DNA from: an uncultured delta proteobacterium | GTDB lineage: Bacteria; Desulfobacterota; Desulfuromonadia; Geobacterales; Pseudopelobacteraceae | Reading direction: 5' to 3' | Length of the DNA: 64,000 nucleotides | Assembly (NCBI GenBank): GCA_963772835.1 | Contig: CAVYYZ010000008.1 | Coordinates: 323,652 to 387,651, forward strand | Part shown: piece after piece, positions 30,691-40,434 of the stretch | How the letters are laid out: each line of letters starts with the position of its first letter | Position numbering within the stretch: position 1 is the stretch's first letter | Position numbers and translations under genes: made by a program | Notes under the pieces: model-generated | The model's input: only the letters and a program-made list of their open reading frames with translations | Database searches by the model: none | Told to the model about the DNA's origin: nothing

Positions 30691-31590
30691 TTATTTGTTG
30701 ATGTACGTGTAGGTTTTTACGTCAATATCGGCTTTTTGTGCCATGTCGAATACCGGTTGATAGTCTTGAGCCGTGGTTTCGATGAACTTTAATGCGCCAA
30801 ACTGCTGCAGGACAATCTTTCCGTCGGTGTCGGTGTGAAGGGCCAGCAGTACGGACTTCAGTTTACTCTTGAGCGGCTCTTCCAGTCCGCTTCTGACAAG
30901 AAGGCCATTTGACGGTACATGGGGAGATTCCGCAAGAATAATCAGCTCGTTATCCACCCGTGGGTCATGTTTCCTCTCCCGGTCATATATGCTGTGCTTG
31001 GCCGCTCCCACATCCGCTTTCCGGTCCAGTACGGCATGGATCGCCGCATCGTGACTTCCGGCAAAAAAAGTTTCGCTGAAAAAATGCTTCGTATCTGTGA
31101 TGCCGTTCTCCCGTAAGTAGGCGAGCGGGAACAGGTATCCGGCTGTTGTCGCCTTGTCAACGTAGGCCATTTTCTTGTTTTTCATATCGTTGACACTTCT
31201 GATCCCGCTGTCTTTCCTCACAAACAGGTAACCATGGTAGGTGGAACTGCCGTCAAGATTCACCGGTCGCGCCAGAGGGACAACGCCCAGTTTTTTGATT
31301 GCCAGCGCACCGGTAAAGGAACCGAAGAAGGCCCCATCCATTTTTTCGGAGGTGAATCTCTCGATTATATTACCGTATCTGCTCAGAATTGTGAATTCCA
31401 CGGTTACGCCGGTTTTTTTCGAAAGATGCTCGCCGAGCAGTTTGAAGCGCTGCCTCTGCTTGAAGACGTTCATCTCCGGCAGGATGCCTATCAGGATTTT
31501 ATTCTGTGGCGGCTTCGCCAGGGAAGGATGCGGAATACAGAGAGAAAGAAGTATGGTGCTGAGAAAAATGGTCCGTAGAACGTGTGCCAC
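30691..31590 (-). CDS. PhnD-like (phosphate/phosphonate-type) periplasmic substrate-binding protein
   Basis: Signal peptide; TTAGYLFP, AGSHDAAI..V..KADVGA motifs. Confidence 0.85.
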   Translation of the reverse strand: MAHVLRTIFLSTILLSLCIPHPSLAKPPQNKILIGILPEMNVFKQRQRFKLLGEHLSKKTGVTVEFTILSRYGNIIERFTSEKMDGAFFGSFTGALAIKKLGVVPLARPVNLDGSSTYHGYLFVRKDSGIRSVNDMKNKKMAYVDKATTAGYLFPLAYLRENGITDTKHFFSETFFAGSHDAAIHAVLDRKADVGAAKHSIYDRERKHDPRVDNELIILAESPHVPSNGLLVRSGLEEPLKSKLKSVLLALHTDTDGKIVLQQFGALKFIETTAQDYQPVFDMAQKADIDVKTYTYINK

Positions 31591-31947
31591 GACTCACCCC
31601 CATGTTGAAATGTGCGTAAATATAACACGGTTTTTGAAATAAGCAAAAATATTGTGATATGTATGCCTCGGTGATGAAAAAACAATTGGAACCAATAATC
31701 TAATGTGTACCATAAGAAATTCGTTTTTCACAGATTCTGTATGAGACCGGCATGCATCGAAGCAATACTAACGATGTGAGCCGACAACAGTGGTAATCTC
31801 AAAAGGTCTGGATCCAATTCCCGACCCGTTTCTTGCGAATAGTGCTATGATGGCAGGCACAATTCAAAAAGCAGAGATTCAGTTCATTCAGTTGTAATTG
31901 ATAATTAGCGGTAATTGAATGCTGCCCATAGAGGAGGCTATACAAGT

Positions 31948-32151
31948 ATGGAACAACGGATCAACGAACTGGAAATGCGGTATATGCAGCAGGAAGAGAC
32001 TATTCAGGAGTTGAATGAAATAGTCTGTCGGCAGGAACTGGTGCTTGCGCAGCTGCGGCGCGACTTTGTGACGCTGAAGGAACAGATGATGGCGATGTCA
32101 CCCTCCGTATCCCGTGACCCTGATCAGGAGGAACCGCCACCGCATTATTAG
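31948..32151 (+). CDS. slyX: SlyX family protein
   Basis: RINELEMRYMQQEETIQELNEIV and C-terminal EEPPPHY; GGAGG RBS. Confidence 0.88.
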   Translation: MEQRINELEMRYMQQEETIQELNEIVCRQELVLAQLRRDFVTLKEQMMAMSPSVSRDPDQEEPPPHY

Positions 32152-32355
32152 TATGCCGCTTGCGCGGTGGATCTCAGGGATTGGTGCAACCTCCGTTTAT
32201 TTACTGGATGAATAAGGGGCATGAGGGGAAGTGAGTGCGCATCAGTATGCATTAGATTAATTCGTCGCAGAAGAAGATGCGGAAACGTGAGAACGTTTTT
32301 TCTTCGATATACTTGATTACTGTTATCTGATTGTAAGTTGATAGGGATATTCCCC

Positions 32356-34971
32356 TCATGTCTGTTTCGGCAGTGCCTCCACGACACCCTTTAGCACCTC
32401 CCGCAACTGATCATAGCTGTACGGCTTGCTTATCATTCCTGCCATATCTCCGGGATCAATCTTTGAGGTGACAATCGTATCGCCAAAGCCGCTTGACACG
32501 ACTATCGGCAGTTTCGGATTGATCTTTTTAAGTTCGGCCAGCAGTTGATACCCGTTCATCAGCGGCATGCCGATGTCCGTCAGAACCAACCTGATGTCTG
32601 CGGCGTTCGTGCGGAATTGTTCCAGTGCTTCGACACCGTTGGTCGCTGCAATGACGGAGAATCCCAGCGTTTCAAGAAGGGCTTTGGCGACTTCCAACAG
32701 TTGCGGCTCATCTTCTACCAGCAGTATCGTGCCGCTTCCAAACCAGGGCGCCGGTGCGGTCTGCTGAAGTGGCTCCTCGGTGGAGTCACTGAACCGGGCG
32801 GGGAGGTAGACTTTGAAAGTTGTGCCCCGGCCTTGCCGGCTCTGGAGCTGCACCGCTCCCTTATGTGCTGTGATGATGCCGAGTACGGCCGACATCCCCA
32901 GGCCGCGACCGACAAATTTGGTGGTGTAAAACGGCTCAAAGAGTCGCGATACAGTTTCTTCGTCCATACCGCAGCCGCTGTCGGTGACCTCAAGGCAGAG
33001 ATACTGCCCGGGTGATATGGCTTTGCCGGTATAGTCCTTTTCAGGCTGCTCAGCGGTGATGGTTGTCTTTGTCAACGCGACACGGATATACCCCTGCTCT
33101 TCCCCGATCGCTTCGGATGAATTCATGATAAGACTTACGGCGACCTGTCTGAGTTGGCCGGCATCCCCCTCTATGGCCGGGAGGTCGCCTGAAAGATACG
33201 GTTTGATAGTCACATTCAGGGGAAGAGAAGATTTCAGCATGCCCAGCATTTCATCCAGCAGTGCCGTAACATCAACATGTGACTGCACAAATTGCGTTTT
33301 CCCGGCATAGGCCAGCATCTGCCGGCAGAGTACGGCGCCCCGTTCGGTGGCCTTCTCTATCTCCGGCATAAGCCCGGCCGCCTTTTCGGGCTTATGCTGG
33401 CCTAAGGAGGAGTAGCACATGATGACTGCCAGGATGTTGTTGAAATCGTGGGCGATGCCCCCGGCCAGTACGCCGAGGCTTTCCATTTTCTGCGCCTGAT
33501 GGAGCTGTTTTTCCAGTGATAATCTTTCTTTATCAACTTTTTTTAGCTCTGTGATGTCGTAAAAAACCACAAGGTGATTTCCTGCAAAGTTTTCTTCCAA
33601 TGCGGCCGCGCTGCACAAGACGGTGCGCACTGAGGAATCCTTGCACGTTACATGTATTTCCATGGGGGAAAACGGATCGCCGGTTTTCTTCGCCATTCCC
33701 AGATTCTGCTGCCAGGTGTCAATTACCCTCTGTCGGTATTGTGCCTCCGGGTAAGCACGGGGCCACCATTCTTCCACGGTGGGAATGTCGCTCATGGTAT
33801 ACCCAAATGTCTGTGTAAACGCTTTGTTAAGAAAAAAGATATTTCCATGTTTATCATTCATGGCAAGAGGTATTGGTGATACCTCGATGATGGTTCGGAA
33901 GTTCTGTTCACTCTCCTGTAGAAGCAGATGAACAGCTTCATATTCATCGATCTGTACCTGCAACCTTTCCTCAGTCGCCTGTAACGCATTATTTTGTTCG
34001 CGGAGTTCCACCTTCCTCTCCAACAGCGCTTTGAGCATATCACTCCGCCGTTTCTCATTCTTCCAGAATAACCAGCCGAAGAGGACTACAAGGGCGGACA
34101 ATAACAAGCCCGCACAAACTGCCTGTATTCTCCGCGCATTTGATGCAGACAGGATATCTTCTTCGGACTGCAGGACAACCACCACCAGCGGATAATCCTG
34201 GAGACGCCGGTATGCTCCGATTCGGGAGACGCCATCCACAACGCTCACCGCCCTGTATATCCCTGCGGCAGGCTTTGACGGATCAAAAAAAGGGCGATTT
34301 ATGGGAAGAGTCAGCCCCCTTGGTTCAGTAGCAGATGTGATTTTTGATGTACGGGCGCGAATTACACCATCCATTCCGGCCAGTGTGATGGCTCCTCCGG
34401 GGCCTATATTAATGCCTTTATAGAAGTTTGAAAAGTAGTCCGGATCGACTGAAAGCACTATCACTCCGGTGAATGCCCCTCTGCTATCCATTATTTTCCG
34501 GGTGAACTGGATACTCCATTGCTTTGAAACCCGGCCAAGTACCGGTTTACTGATAAAGAGCTGATCCTTCTGCGCGGCCAGATGTACGCGGAAATGTTCA
34601 CGATCACTGAGATCAAGGGGAACAGGGGGCAGTCCTTTAGTGTTGAAGGTCATCATCCCCTTCTTGCCAATGATGCTGACCTGGATCAGAAGATCAGCCA
34701 CACTCTTGTCTTCGAATAACCGTATCCGGTCGCCAAAGCCAAGAGGGTTCTGTTGATACTCGCTCCGCAGTTGCAAAAGTAACCCGTCGATGTTCTGGAC
34801 CGTTTTTTTGACGTGCTCCTCAAATGCTATAGCCAGGTTTGAGGAATTGATCCCGGCGGCAGAGATGACAATACTTCGGTCAGTTGACGTATGGTAATAC
34901 ACCGCACCCCAGATGACGGCAAGTGACAACAGGCACACAAGAATGATGTTATTGATTCGGGGATGAAGCAC
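32356..34971 (-). CDS. Hybrid sensor histidine kinase (dCache, PAS, HisKA, HATPase, receiver)
   Basis: DLSDREHF..FISKPVLGR dCache; LAGGIAHDFNN; FEPFYTTK; REC domain. Confidence 0.92.
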   Translation of the reverse strand: MLHPRINNIILVCLLSLAVIWGAVYYHTSTDRSIVISAAGINSSNLAIAFEEHVKKTVQNIDGLLLQLRSEYQQNPLGFGDRIRLFEDKSVADLLIQVSIIGKKGMMTFNTKGLPPVPLDLSDREHFRVHLAAQKDQLFISKPVLGRVSKQWSIQFTRKIMDSRGAFTGVIVLSVDPDYFSNFYKGINIGPGGAITLAGMDGVIRARTSKITSATEPRGLTLPINRPFFDPSKPAAGIYRAVSVVDGVSRIGAYRRLQDYPLVVVVLQSEEDILSASNARRIQAVCAGLLLSALVVLFGWLFWKNEKRRSDMLKALLERKVELREQNNALQATEERLQVQIDEYEAVHLLLQESEQNFRTIIEVSPIPLAMNDKHGNIFFLNKAFTQTFGYTMSDIPTVEEWWPRAYPEAQYRQRVIDTWQQNLGMAKKTGDPFSPMEIHVTCKDSSVRTVLCSAAALEENFAGNHLVVFYDITELKKVDKERLSLEKQLHQAQKMESLGVLAGGIAHDFNNILAVIMCYSSLGQHKPEKAAGLMPEIEKATERGAVLCRQMLAYAGKTQFVQSHVDVTALLDEMLGMLKSSLPLNVTIKPYLSGDLPAIEGDAGQLRQVAVSLIMNSSEAIGEEQGYIRVALTKTTITAEQPEKDYTGKAISPGQYLCLEVTDSGCGMDEETVSRLFEPFYTTKFVGRGLGMSAVLGIITAHKGAVQLQSRQGRGTTFKVYLPARFSDSTEEPLQQTAPAPWFGSGTILLVEDEPQLLEVAKALLETLGFSVIAATNGVEALEQFRTNAADIRLVLTDIGMPLMNGYQLLAELKKINPKLPIVVSSGFGDTIVTSKIDPGDMAGMISKPYSYDQLREVLKGVVEALPKQT

Positions 34972-35106
34972 ACTGAACCTTTCTTTCTACGTAACCGATC
35001 ACTTTTCAGTATTCTATCAATTAAGCATCCAGCTGACATGTCATGAAAATGAACGTTCGTACTGTAACTTCAGGGAATTTCCCTGCAGGCGCTACTAACG
35101 GGATAC

Positions 35107-35141
35107 AAAAAACCGGCGCACGGGAAATCCGCAACGCCGGT
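35107..35141 (-). terminator. Intrinsic terminator about 135 nt upstream of the kinase start
   Basis: Minus strand ACCGGCG..CGG-loop-CCG..CGCCGGT followed by a U-run. Confidence 0.65.
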
Positions 35142-35574
35142 CTGTAGAGTGCAATCAAAATAAATGCTGGAAGAAGCAATTGTCTGGTAGGGATTTTCCT
35201 GCCTGCGCATGATTACTGCCACCGGAAACCCCTTATGATAAAGGAAATTATAGGTTGATTTTATACTCATCTTTTAAGATTGCAACATTAAAAATGAGGG
35301 ATTCAGTATGAATTATTGATTCGGATATATCGCATTATTTACACCTTGATCTGAATAGTGACAATCTTGCCTCTGGTAGTAAACAATGTTCAGCCTGGCA
35401 GCTCACAATACGAACTTTCATAATTTATGGGAGCTGCTATCTTGTGACATGGTTGCACTCAGCCACCGCATTATTATGATACTATTTCGCGATGGCTTTC
35501 AGGAAATACCTTCAATTTCTTTTGACTTTTATCTTCCCACTCTGCTACAACCCACACCACAATTGTTACACAAA

Positions 35575-35738
35575 GTCGATTTGGTGCTGTGCTGTGAAAG
35601 CATAGTTAAAAGGGAAGAAGGTTAAACTCCTTCGCTGTCCCGCAACTGTAACAGGTGATGAACGCCGCATTATGCCACTGGAATCTTCCGGGAAGGCGCG
35701 ACTAGTAAGATGACCCTGGAGCCAGGAAACCTGCCATG
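35575..35738 (+). ncRNA. Cobalamin (AdoCbl) riboswitch
   Basis: AAAAGGGAA..GGTTAAACTCC..GCTGTCCCGCAACTGT..GCCACTG..GGGAAGGC..AGCCAGGAAACCTGCC B12-box, upstream of cob genes. Confidence 0.95.
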
Positions 35739-35809
35739 CCGATGTTAGTTTTGGGACCTCCGTGGAACGAGGGGCCGAAGCCTGGTCGTATCTGTTCCCC
35801 CGGTTTTCG

Positions 35810-35843
35810 AGCCTCAGTCCTTTCAATGGACCGGGGCTTTTTT
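35810..35843 (+). terminator. Terminator of the riboswitch expression platform
   Basis: AGCCTCAGTCC..GGACCGGGGCT plus T-run just before the cobU RBS. Confidence 0.7.
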
Positions 35844-35865
35844 ATTTTCTCCTGTGGAGGACGAC

Positions 35866-36459
35866 ATGGCACGAACAATCTTCATTACCGGCGGAGCGCG
35901 CAGCGGCAAGAGCTCATTTGCTGAAAAACTGGCCCGGGAGTTCGGGGCACCGCTTGGCTATCTGGCGACCGCCCAGACACTCGACAGCGAGATGGATGAG
36001 CGCGTCAGGGTGCACCGTGAACGGCGCGGGGCAGAATGGCATACCATTGAGGAACCGATTCACCTGTCACAGGCACTTGTCCGGTGTGATGGCCTATACC
36101 AGGCTATACTGGTCGATTGCCTGACGCTGTGGCTTTCCAATCTGCTGTTCTCATATGAAGACGCTGCGGAAAATTGTGAAAATCTGATTCATGAAGATCT
36201 GAAGAGATTGAAGGCTACGCTGCAGGCGATGTCAACGCCGGTTATTCTGGTCAGTAACGAAGTAGGAATGGGAATTGTGCCGGATAACAGACTCGCACGA
36301 CTGTTTCGGAGACATCGCCGGAACGGCGAATCAGACCTGGCAGCTGCGGCAGATGAGGTGTATGTTGTCATCAGCGGGATACCGTTGAAACTTGAAGTAA
36401 ACAAAAACGGCTGTTCAATAACACGGAGATACGAAGAACACGGAGAAACAAAGGCTTAG
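35866..36459 (+). CDS. cobU: Adenosylcobinamide kinase/adenosylcobinamide-phosphate guanylyltransferase (3' end carries apparent indels)
   Basis: ITGGARSGKS, LVDCLTLWLSN, SNEVGMGIVP; expected DIAGTANQ and LK-stop appear in a shifted frame. Confidence 0.92.
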   Translation: MARTIFITGGARSGKSSFAEKLAREFGAPLGYLATAQTLDSEMDERVRVHRERRGAEWHTIEEPIHLSQALVRCDGLYQAILVDCLTLWLSNLLFSYEDAAENCENLIHEDLKRLKATLQAMSTPVILVSNEVGMGIVPDNRLARLFRRHRRNGESDLAAAADEVYVVISGIPLKLEVNKNGCSITRRYEEHGETKA

Positions 36460-36557
36460 GGTCTGAAACAAAAAAACCTTTTGGGTGAAACAGAAAACTT
36501 CTTATTTTATCTGTAACTATCCGGTTTACTCCGTGTCCTCCGTATCTCCTTATTATT
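36417..36557. repeat. 29-bp imperfect inverted repeat built from ACACGGAG-like units
   Basis: AATAACACGGAGATACGAAGAACACGGAG (36417-36445) versus its complement at 36529-36557, 4 mismatches. Confidence 0.75.
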
Positions 36558-36681
36558 AATGTTTTTCCAGGGTAAAAGGTTTATCCATTTCATCCCTTTT
36601 ATCCCTGTAAAAAGACCTTACCTTTTAGTTTTGTTTTAGAAATACCTGAGCAGTTATGAATATAGAGAAAAGGAGCTTTAC

Positions 36682-37734
36682 ATGGACATCTTAAACAGTA
36701 CACTTTCCCGCATCAAACCGGTCAACCCGGTACTGCTGCAGCAGGCGCAGAACCGGCTGGACAACAAGACCAAGCCGCTCGGTTCACTGGGACGATTGGA
36801 AGAGTTTGCCCGACGTATTGCCGCTATCAGCGGCAACCTTGATCCTGATATTTCGAAAAAAATTGTTTTTACCTTCGCCGGTGACCATGGTGTCACGGAG
36901 GAGGGCGTCTCTCTGTTCCCGCGTGAAGTCACTCCGCAGATGGTGCTGAATTTTCTCTCCGGAGGAGCCGGTATCAATGTGCTGGCCCGCCACGTCGGTG
37001 CGGAAGTGCGGGTCGTTGATGTCGGGGTGGATTATGATTTTGCCGGCATTGAAGGTCTGATCCATAAAAAGGTTGCCCGTGGCACGAAAAATTTTGCTCA
37101 CGGGCCGGCAATGACGCGCGAAGAGACACTGGCAGCCCTTACAGTCGGCATCGAACTGGCGGAGCAGTGCCGTGCAGATGGCGTGGGCCTGGTCGGCACC
37201 GGCGAAATGGGGATCGGCAATACGACACCATCGTCGGCCATCATTGCCGCTCTCTCCGGAAAAACGGTTGCAGAGGTGACACATCGCGGCACCGGTATCG
37301 GCGACGAGGCATTAGTCAACAAGATTCGCGTCATCGAGCAGGGGTTGGCCCTCAACACGCCTGACCCGCATGACCCATTGGACGTGCTGGCAAAAGTAGG
37401 AGGATTGGAAATTGCCGCCATCGCCGGTCTGGTGCTGGGGTGTGCGGCCAATTCGATTCCGGTGGTGATCGACGGCTTTATCTCCACCGCCGGGGCCCTT
37501 ATCGCTTCGGAGCTGCATCCCCATGTGCGTGACTATATATTTGCCGCCCATCAGTCAGTTGAAATCGGCCATAGCTTCATGCTTGAGCGGATCGGCGTTG
37601 AGCCGATTCTGGATCTCAATTTCCGCCTCGGTGAAGGTACCGGAGCCGCACTGGCGATGACGCTGATCGAGGCCGGAGTGAAGGTGCTGAAGGAGATGGC
37701 GACCTTTGAGCAGGCCGGGGTATCGCAGGGATAA
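36682..37734 (+). CDS. cobT: Nicotinate-nucleotide-dimethylbenzimidazole phosphoribosyltransferase
   Basis: [35 protein letters not shown]. Confidence 0.96.
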   Translation: MDILNSTLSRIKPVNPVLLQQAQNRLDNKTKPLGSLGRLEEFARRIAAISGNLDPDISKKIVFTFAGDHGVTEEGVSLFPREVTPQMVLNFLSGGAGINVLARHVGAEVRVVDVGVDYDFAGIEGLIHKKVARGTKNFAHGPAMTREETLAALTVGIELAEQCRADGVGLVGTGEMGIGNTTPSSAIIAALSGKTVAEVTHRGTGIGDEALVNKIRVIEQGLALNTPDPHDPLDVLAKVGGLEIAAIAGLVLGCAANSIPVVIDGFISTAGALIASELHPHVRDYIFAAHQSVEIGHSFMLERIGVEPILDLNFRLGEGTGAALAMTLIEAGVKVLKEMATFEQAGVSQG

Positions 37735-38480
37735 TGAGATTCTATATCATCGCCCTGCAGTTTTTGACGATAATGCCGCTCCCTTTCTCAGTCCGCTGCG
37801 GAAAAGAGGACCTGGGACGCTCTACCGCTCTCTTTCCTCTCGCCGGATTAACGATCGGTGCCCTGCTGGCCGGCTTGAACTGGCTGATTTCACCCTGGCT
37901 GGCGCGGCCGCTCTGTGACGCACTTTTGATCACTGCACTGGCGGTTCTGACAGGTGGGTTGCATCTGGATGGACTCGCCGATGTCTGTGACGGTCTTGCG
38001 GCACGCGGTGGACGGGAACGCTTTCTTGCGGTCATGAAGGATTCTCAGGTGGGTGCGATCGGAGCAGCCGGATTGGTGCTCTGCCTGCTGCTGAAATGGC
38101 AGGCGCTGGTAGCGGTGCCGATCGAGCTCAAATGGCAGGCGCTGTTGGTATTTCCCGTTCTTGCCCGCTTCGGGCAGGTGTTAACGCTGACCGGAGCCCG
38201 TCATGCCCGTCAGGATGGTCTGGGCGCGGCGTTTGTACCGGGAGCCGGTGGTGGTGCGCTGTTTCTGGCTTTTTTAACTGTCGCTTCTGCTGCCGTCTGG
38301 CTGCTCGGCTTTAAAGGCGTCGCTGCCCTCACGGTCGTCTGCCTGCTTACCGCTGCCGGCAGACTCTTTTTTCGGCATCGGCTCGGCGGATTTACCGGAG
38401 ATACGATTGGCTGCATCAGTGAACTAAACGAAATAACGGCGCTTATGATCATATCTTCTGTGCCGCAGCTCTTGTTGTAA
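37734..38480 (+). CDS. cobS: Adenosylcobinamide-GDP ribazoletransferase (cobalamin synthase)
   Basis: ALQFLT, TGGLHLDGLAD, MKDSQVGAIG, GGFTGDTIG. Confidence 0.95.
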   Translation: MRFYIIALQFLTIMPLPFSVRCGKEDLGRSTALFPLAGLTIGALLAGLNWLISPWLARPLCDALLITALAVLTGGLHLDGLADVCDGLAARGGRERFLAVMKDSQVGAIGAAGLVLCLLLKWQALVAVPIELKWQALLVFPVLARFGQVLTLTGARHARQDGLGAAFVPGAGGGALFLAFLTVASAAVWLLGFKGVAALTVVCLLTAAGRLFFRHRLGGFTGDTIGCISELNEITALMIISSVPQLLL

Positions 38481-38501
38481 TACAGGATAAAGGATTCACA
38501 C

Positions 38502-39809
38502 ATGCAGACTCAAATTGAACAGGCAAGGCAGGGCATCATCACTCCGCAGGTTGCAGCGGTTGCCCTCAAGGAAGAACTGACGAGTGAATACGTACGGCAG
38601 ATGGTCGCCGAAGGGAAGATTGTCATCCCCTGGAATCATATCCGCAAACCCCAGGCGGTCGGCATCGGCAAGGGGCTCTCAACCAAGGTTAACGCTTCGA
38701 TCGGCACGTCGTCAGACATAATCGATTATGGAGCGGAGGTGCGCAAGGCACTGGCGGCCCAGGAGTCGGGAGCCGATACCCTGATGGAGCTCTCCGTTGG
38801 AGGCGATCTCGATCGTGTCCGGCGCGAAGTCATCGCCGCCGTTGACCTTCCGGTCGGCAATGTGCCGCTCTACCAGGCATTCTGCGAGGCGGCTCGCAAA
38901 TACGGCGACCCGAACAGGCTGGACGAGGAGATGCTCTTCGATATTATCGAACAGCAGTGCGCCGACGGCATGGCTTTCATGGCCGTTCACTGCGGCATCA
39001 ACCTCTGCACGATCGAGCGGCTGCGCAAGCAGGGGTATCGCTACGGAGGTCTGGTCTCCAAAGGGGGTGTCTCCATGGTGGCCTGGATGATTGCGAATGG
39101 TCGCGAAAACCCGCTGTACGAAAAATTTGACCGGGTGGTTTCAATCCTCAAAAAATACGATACCGTCCTCTCTCTCGGCAACGGTCTGCGGGCCGGTGCG
39201 ATCCACGATTCATCGGACCGGGCCCAGATTCAGGAGCTGATCTTCAACTGTGAACTGGCGGAGATCGGCCGCGACATGGGGTGCCAGATGCTGGTGGAGG
39301 GGCCGGGGCACGTGCCGCTGGACGAGATCGAGGGAAATATTCAGCTGCAGAAACGGATGAGTGGCGGAGCGCCCTACTACATGCTCGGTCCGATCGCCAC
39401 GGACGTTGCACCCGGGTTCGACCATATTACCGCGGCAATCGGCGCGGCACAGTCGAGCCGCTATGGAGCAGATCTGATCTGCTACATCACTCCGGCCGAG
39501 CACCTGGCACTGCCCAATGAAGATGATGTGCGCATGGGAGTCAAGGCGGCCAAAATTGCCGCCTACATTGGTGACATGAATAAATATCCCGAAAAGGGGC
39601 GTCGTCGCGACAAGGAGATGTCAAAAGCCCGCCGTGATCTTGATTGGGAAAAACAGTTCGCTCTGGCACTCTATCCTGATGATGCACGTGCGATTCGGGC
39701 CAGTCGGGTGCCGGAGGATGAGGCGACCTGCACGATGTGTGGCGACTTCTGCGCTTCGCGTGGTGCCGGAAAGTTGTTTGCATGCGATTTGAGGGGTGAT
39801 AAACTGTGA
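38502..39809 (+). CDS. bzaF: ThiC-family radical SAM enzyme; by context 5-hydroxybenzimidazole synthase BzaF
   Basis: ThiC-fold motifs (KVNASIGTS, EGPGHVP, YITPAEHL, CTMCGDFC) inside a B12-riboswitch cobU-cobT-cobS-X-cobC operon. Confidence 0.82.
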   Translation: MQTQIEQARQGIITPQVAAVALKEELTSEYVRQMVAEGKIVIPWNHIRKPQAVGIGKGLSTKVNASIGTSSDIIDYGAEVRKALAAQESGADTLMELSVGGDLDRVRREVIAAVDLPVGNVPLYQAFCEAARKYGDPNRLDEEMLFDIIEQQCADGMAFMAVHCGINLCTIERLRKQGYRYGGLVSKGGVSMVAWMIANGRENPLYEKFDRVVSILKKYDTVLSLGNGLRAGAIHDSSDRAQIQELIFNCELAEIGRDMGCQMLVEGPGHVPLDEIEGNIQLQKRMSGGAPYYMLGPIATDVAPGFDHITAAIGAAQSSRYGADLICYITPAEHLALPNEDDVRMGVKAAKIAAYIGDMNKYPEKGRRRDKEMSKARRDLDWEKQFALALYPDDARAIRASRVPEDEATCTMCGDFCASRGAGKLFACDLRGDKL

Positions 39810-39831
39810 CAAAACTGCAGAGGAGTTTGTC

Positions 39832-40434
39832 ATGACGCCGCATACCCGCATCTATCTCATCAGGCATGGTCAGGTTGCCGGGCACGACCAGCCGCGTTAC
39901 AACGGGCAGGCCGACGTAGCATTGACTGATTATGGCGTTGAACAGTACCATCTCATCAAAGAGCGTCTGGCGGATTCGAAAATATCAGCCTGCTACACGA
40001 GCGACCTGTCACGCTGTACGACGGGTGCCGGCATCATCTGTCAGGCGTTCGGCGTAGAGCCGACCCCCCGCCGGGAGCTGCGTGAGCTGAACATCGGAGT
40101 CTGGGAAGGGTTGACCTGGCAGGAGATCAAGTCCTCCTGTCCGGATGGCTGGAAGGCGCGGCTGGCAGACCTTGTCAACTACCGGGTACCGGGGGGGGAA
40201 AACCTTCTGGACGTCGAAGCACGAGTCATGCCGGTCATCAATGAAGTTGTGGAAAGGCATAAAGGCCAGGAAGTGCTGGTGGTAGGACATGGCGGCGTCA
40301 ACAGAATTGTGCTGTTGAATGCCATCGGTGCGCCTCTGGCAGGGATGTTCAGCATCGAACAGAATTACGGCTGCCTGAATATCATCGACTACTATGCCGA
40401 CGGGCGTGCGACGGTGAAGCTGTTGAACGGGTGA
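39832..40434 (+). CDS. cobC: Alpha-ribazole phosphatase (histidine phosphatase family)
   Basis: LIRHGQ, TSDLSRC, ELNIGVWEG, HGGVNR; operon context. Confidence 0.88.
   Translation: MTPHTRIYLIRHGQVAGHDQPRYNGQADVALTDYGVEQYHLIKERLADSKISACYTSDLSRCTTGAGIICQAFGVEPTPRRELRELNIGVWEGLTWQEIKSSCPDGWKARLADLVNYRVPGGENLLDVEARVMPVINEVVERHKGQEVLVVGHGGVNRIVLLNAIGAPLAGMFSIEQNYGCLNIIDYYADGRATVKLLNG

Noticed and set aside
38502..39809. Annotation as thiamine biosynthesis thiC
   Set aside because: It sits inside a cobalamin-riboswitch cobamide nucleotide-loop operon with no thi genes or TPP riboswitch; BzaF fits better.
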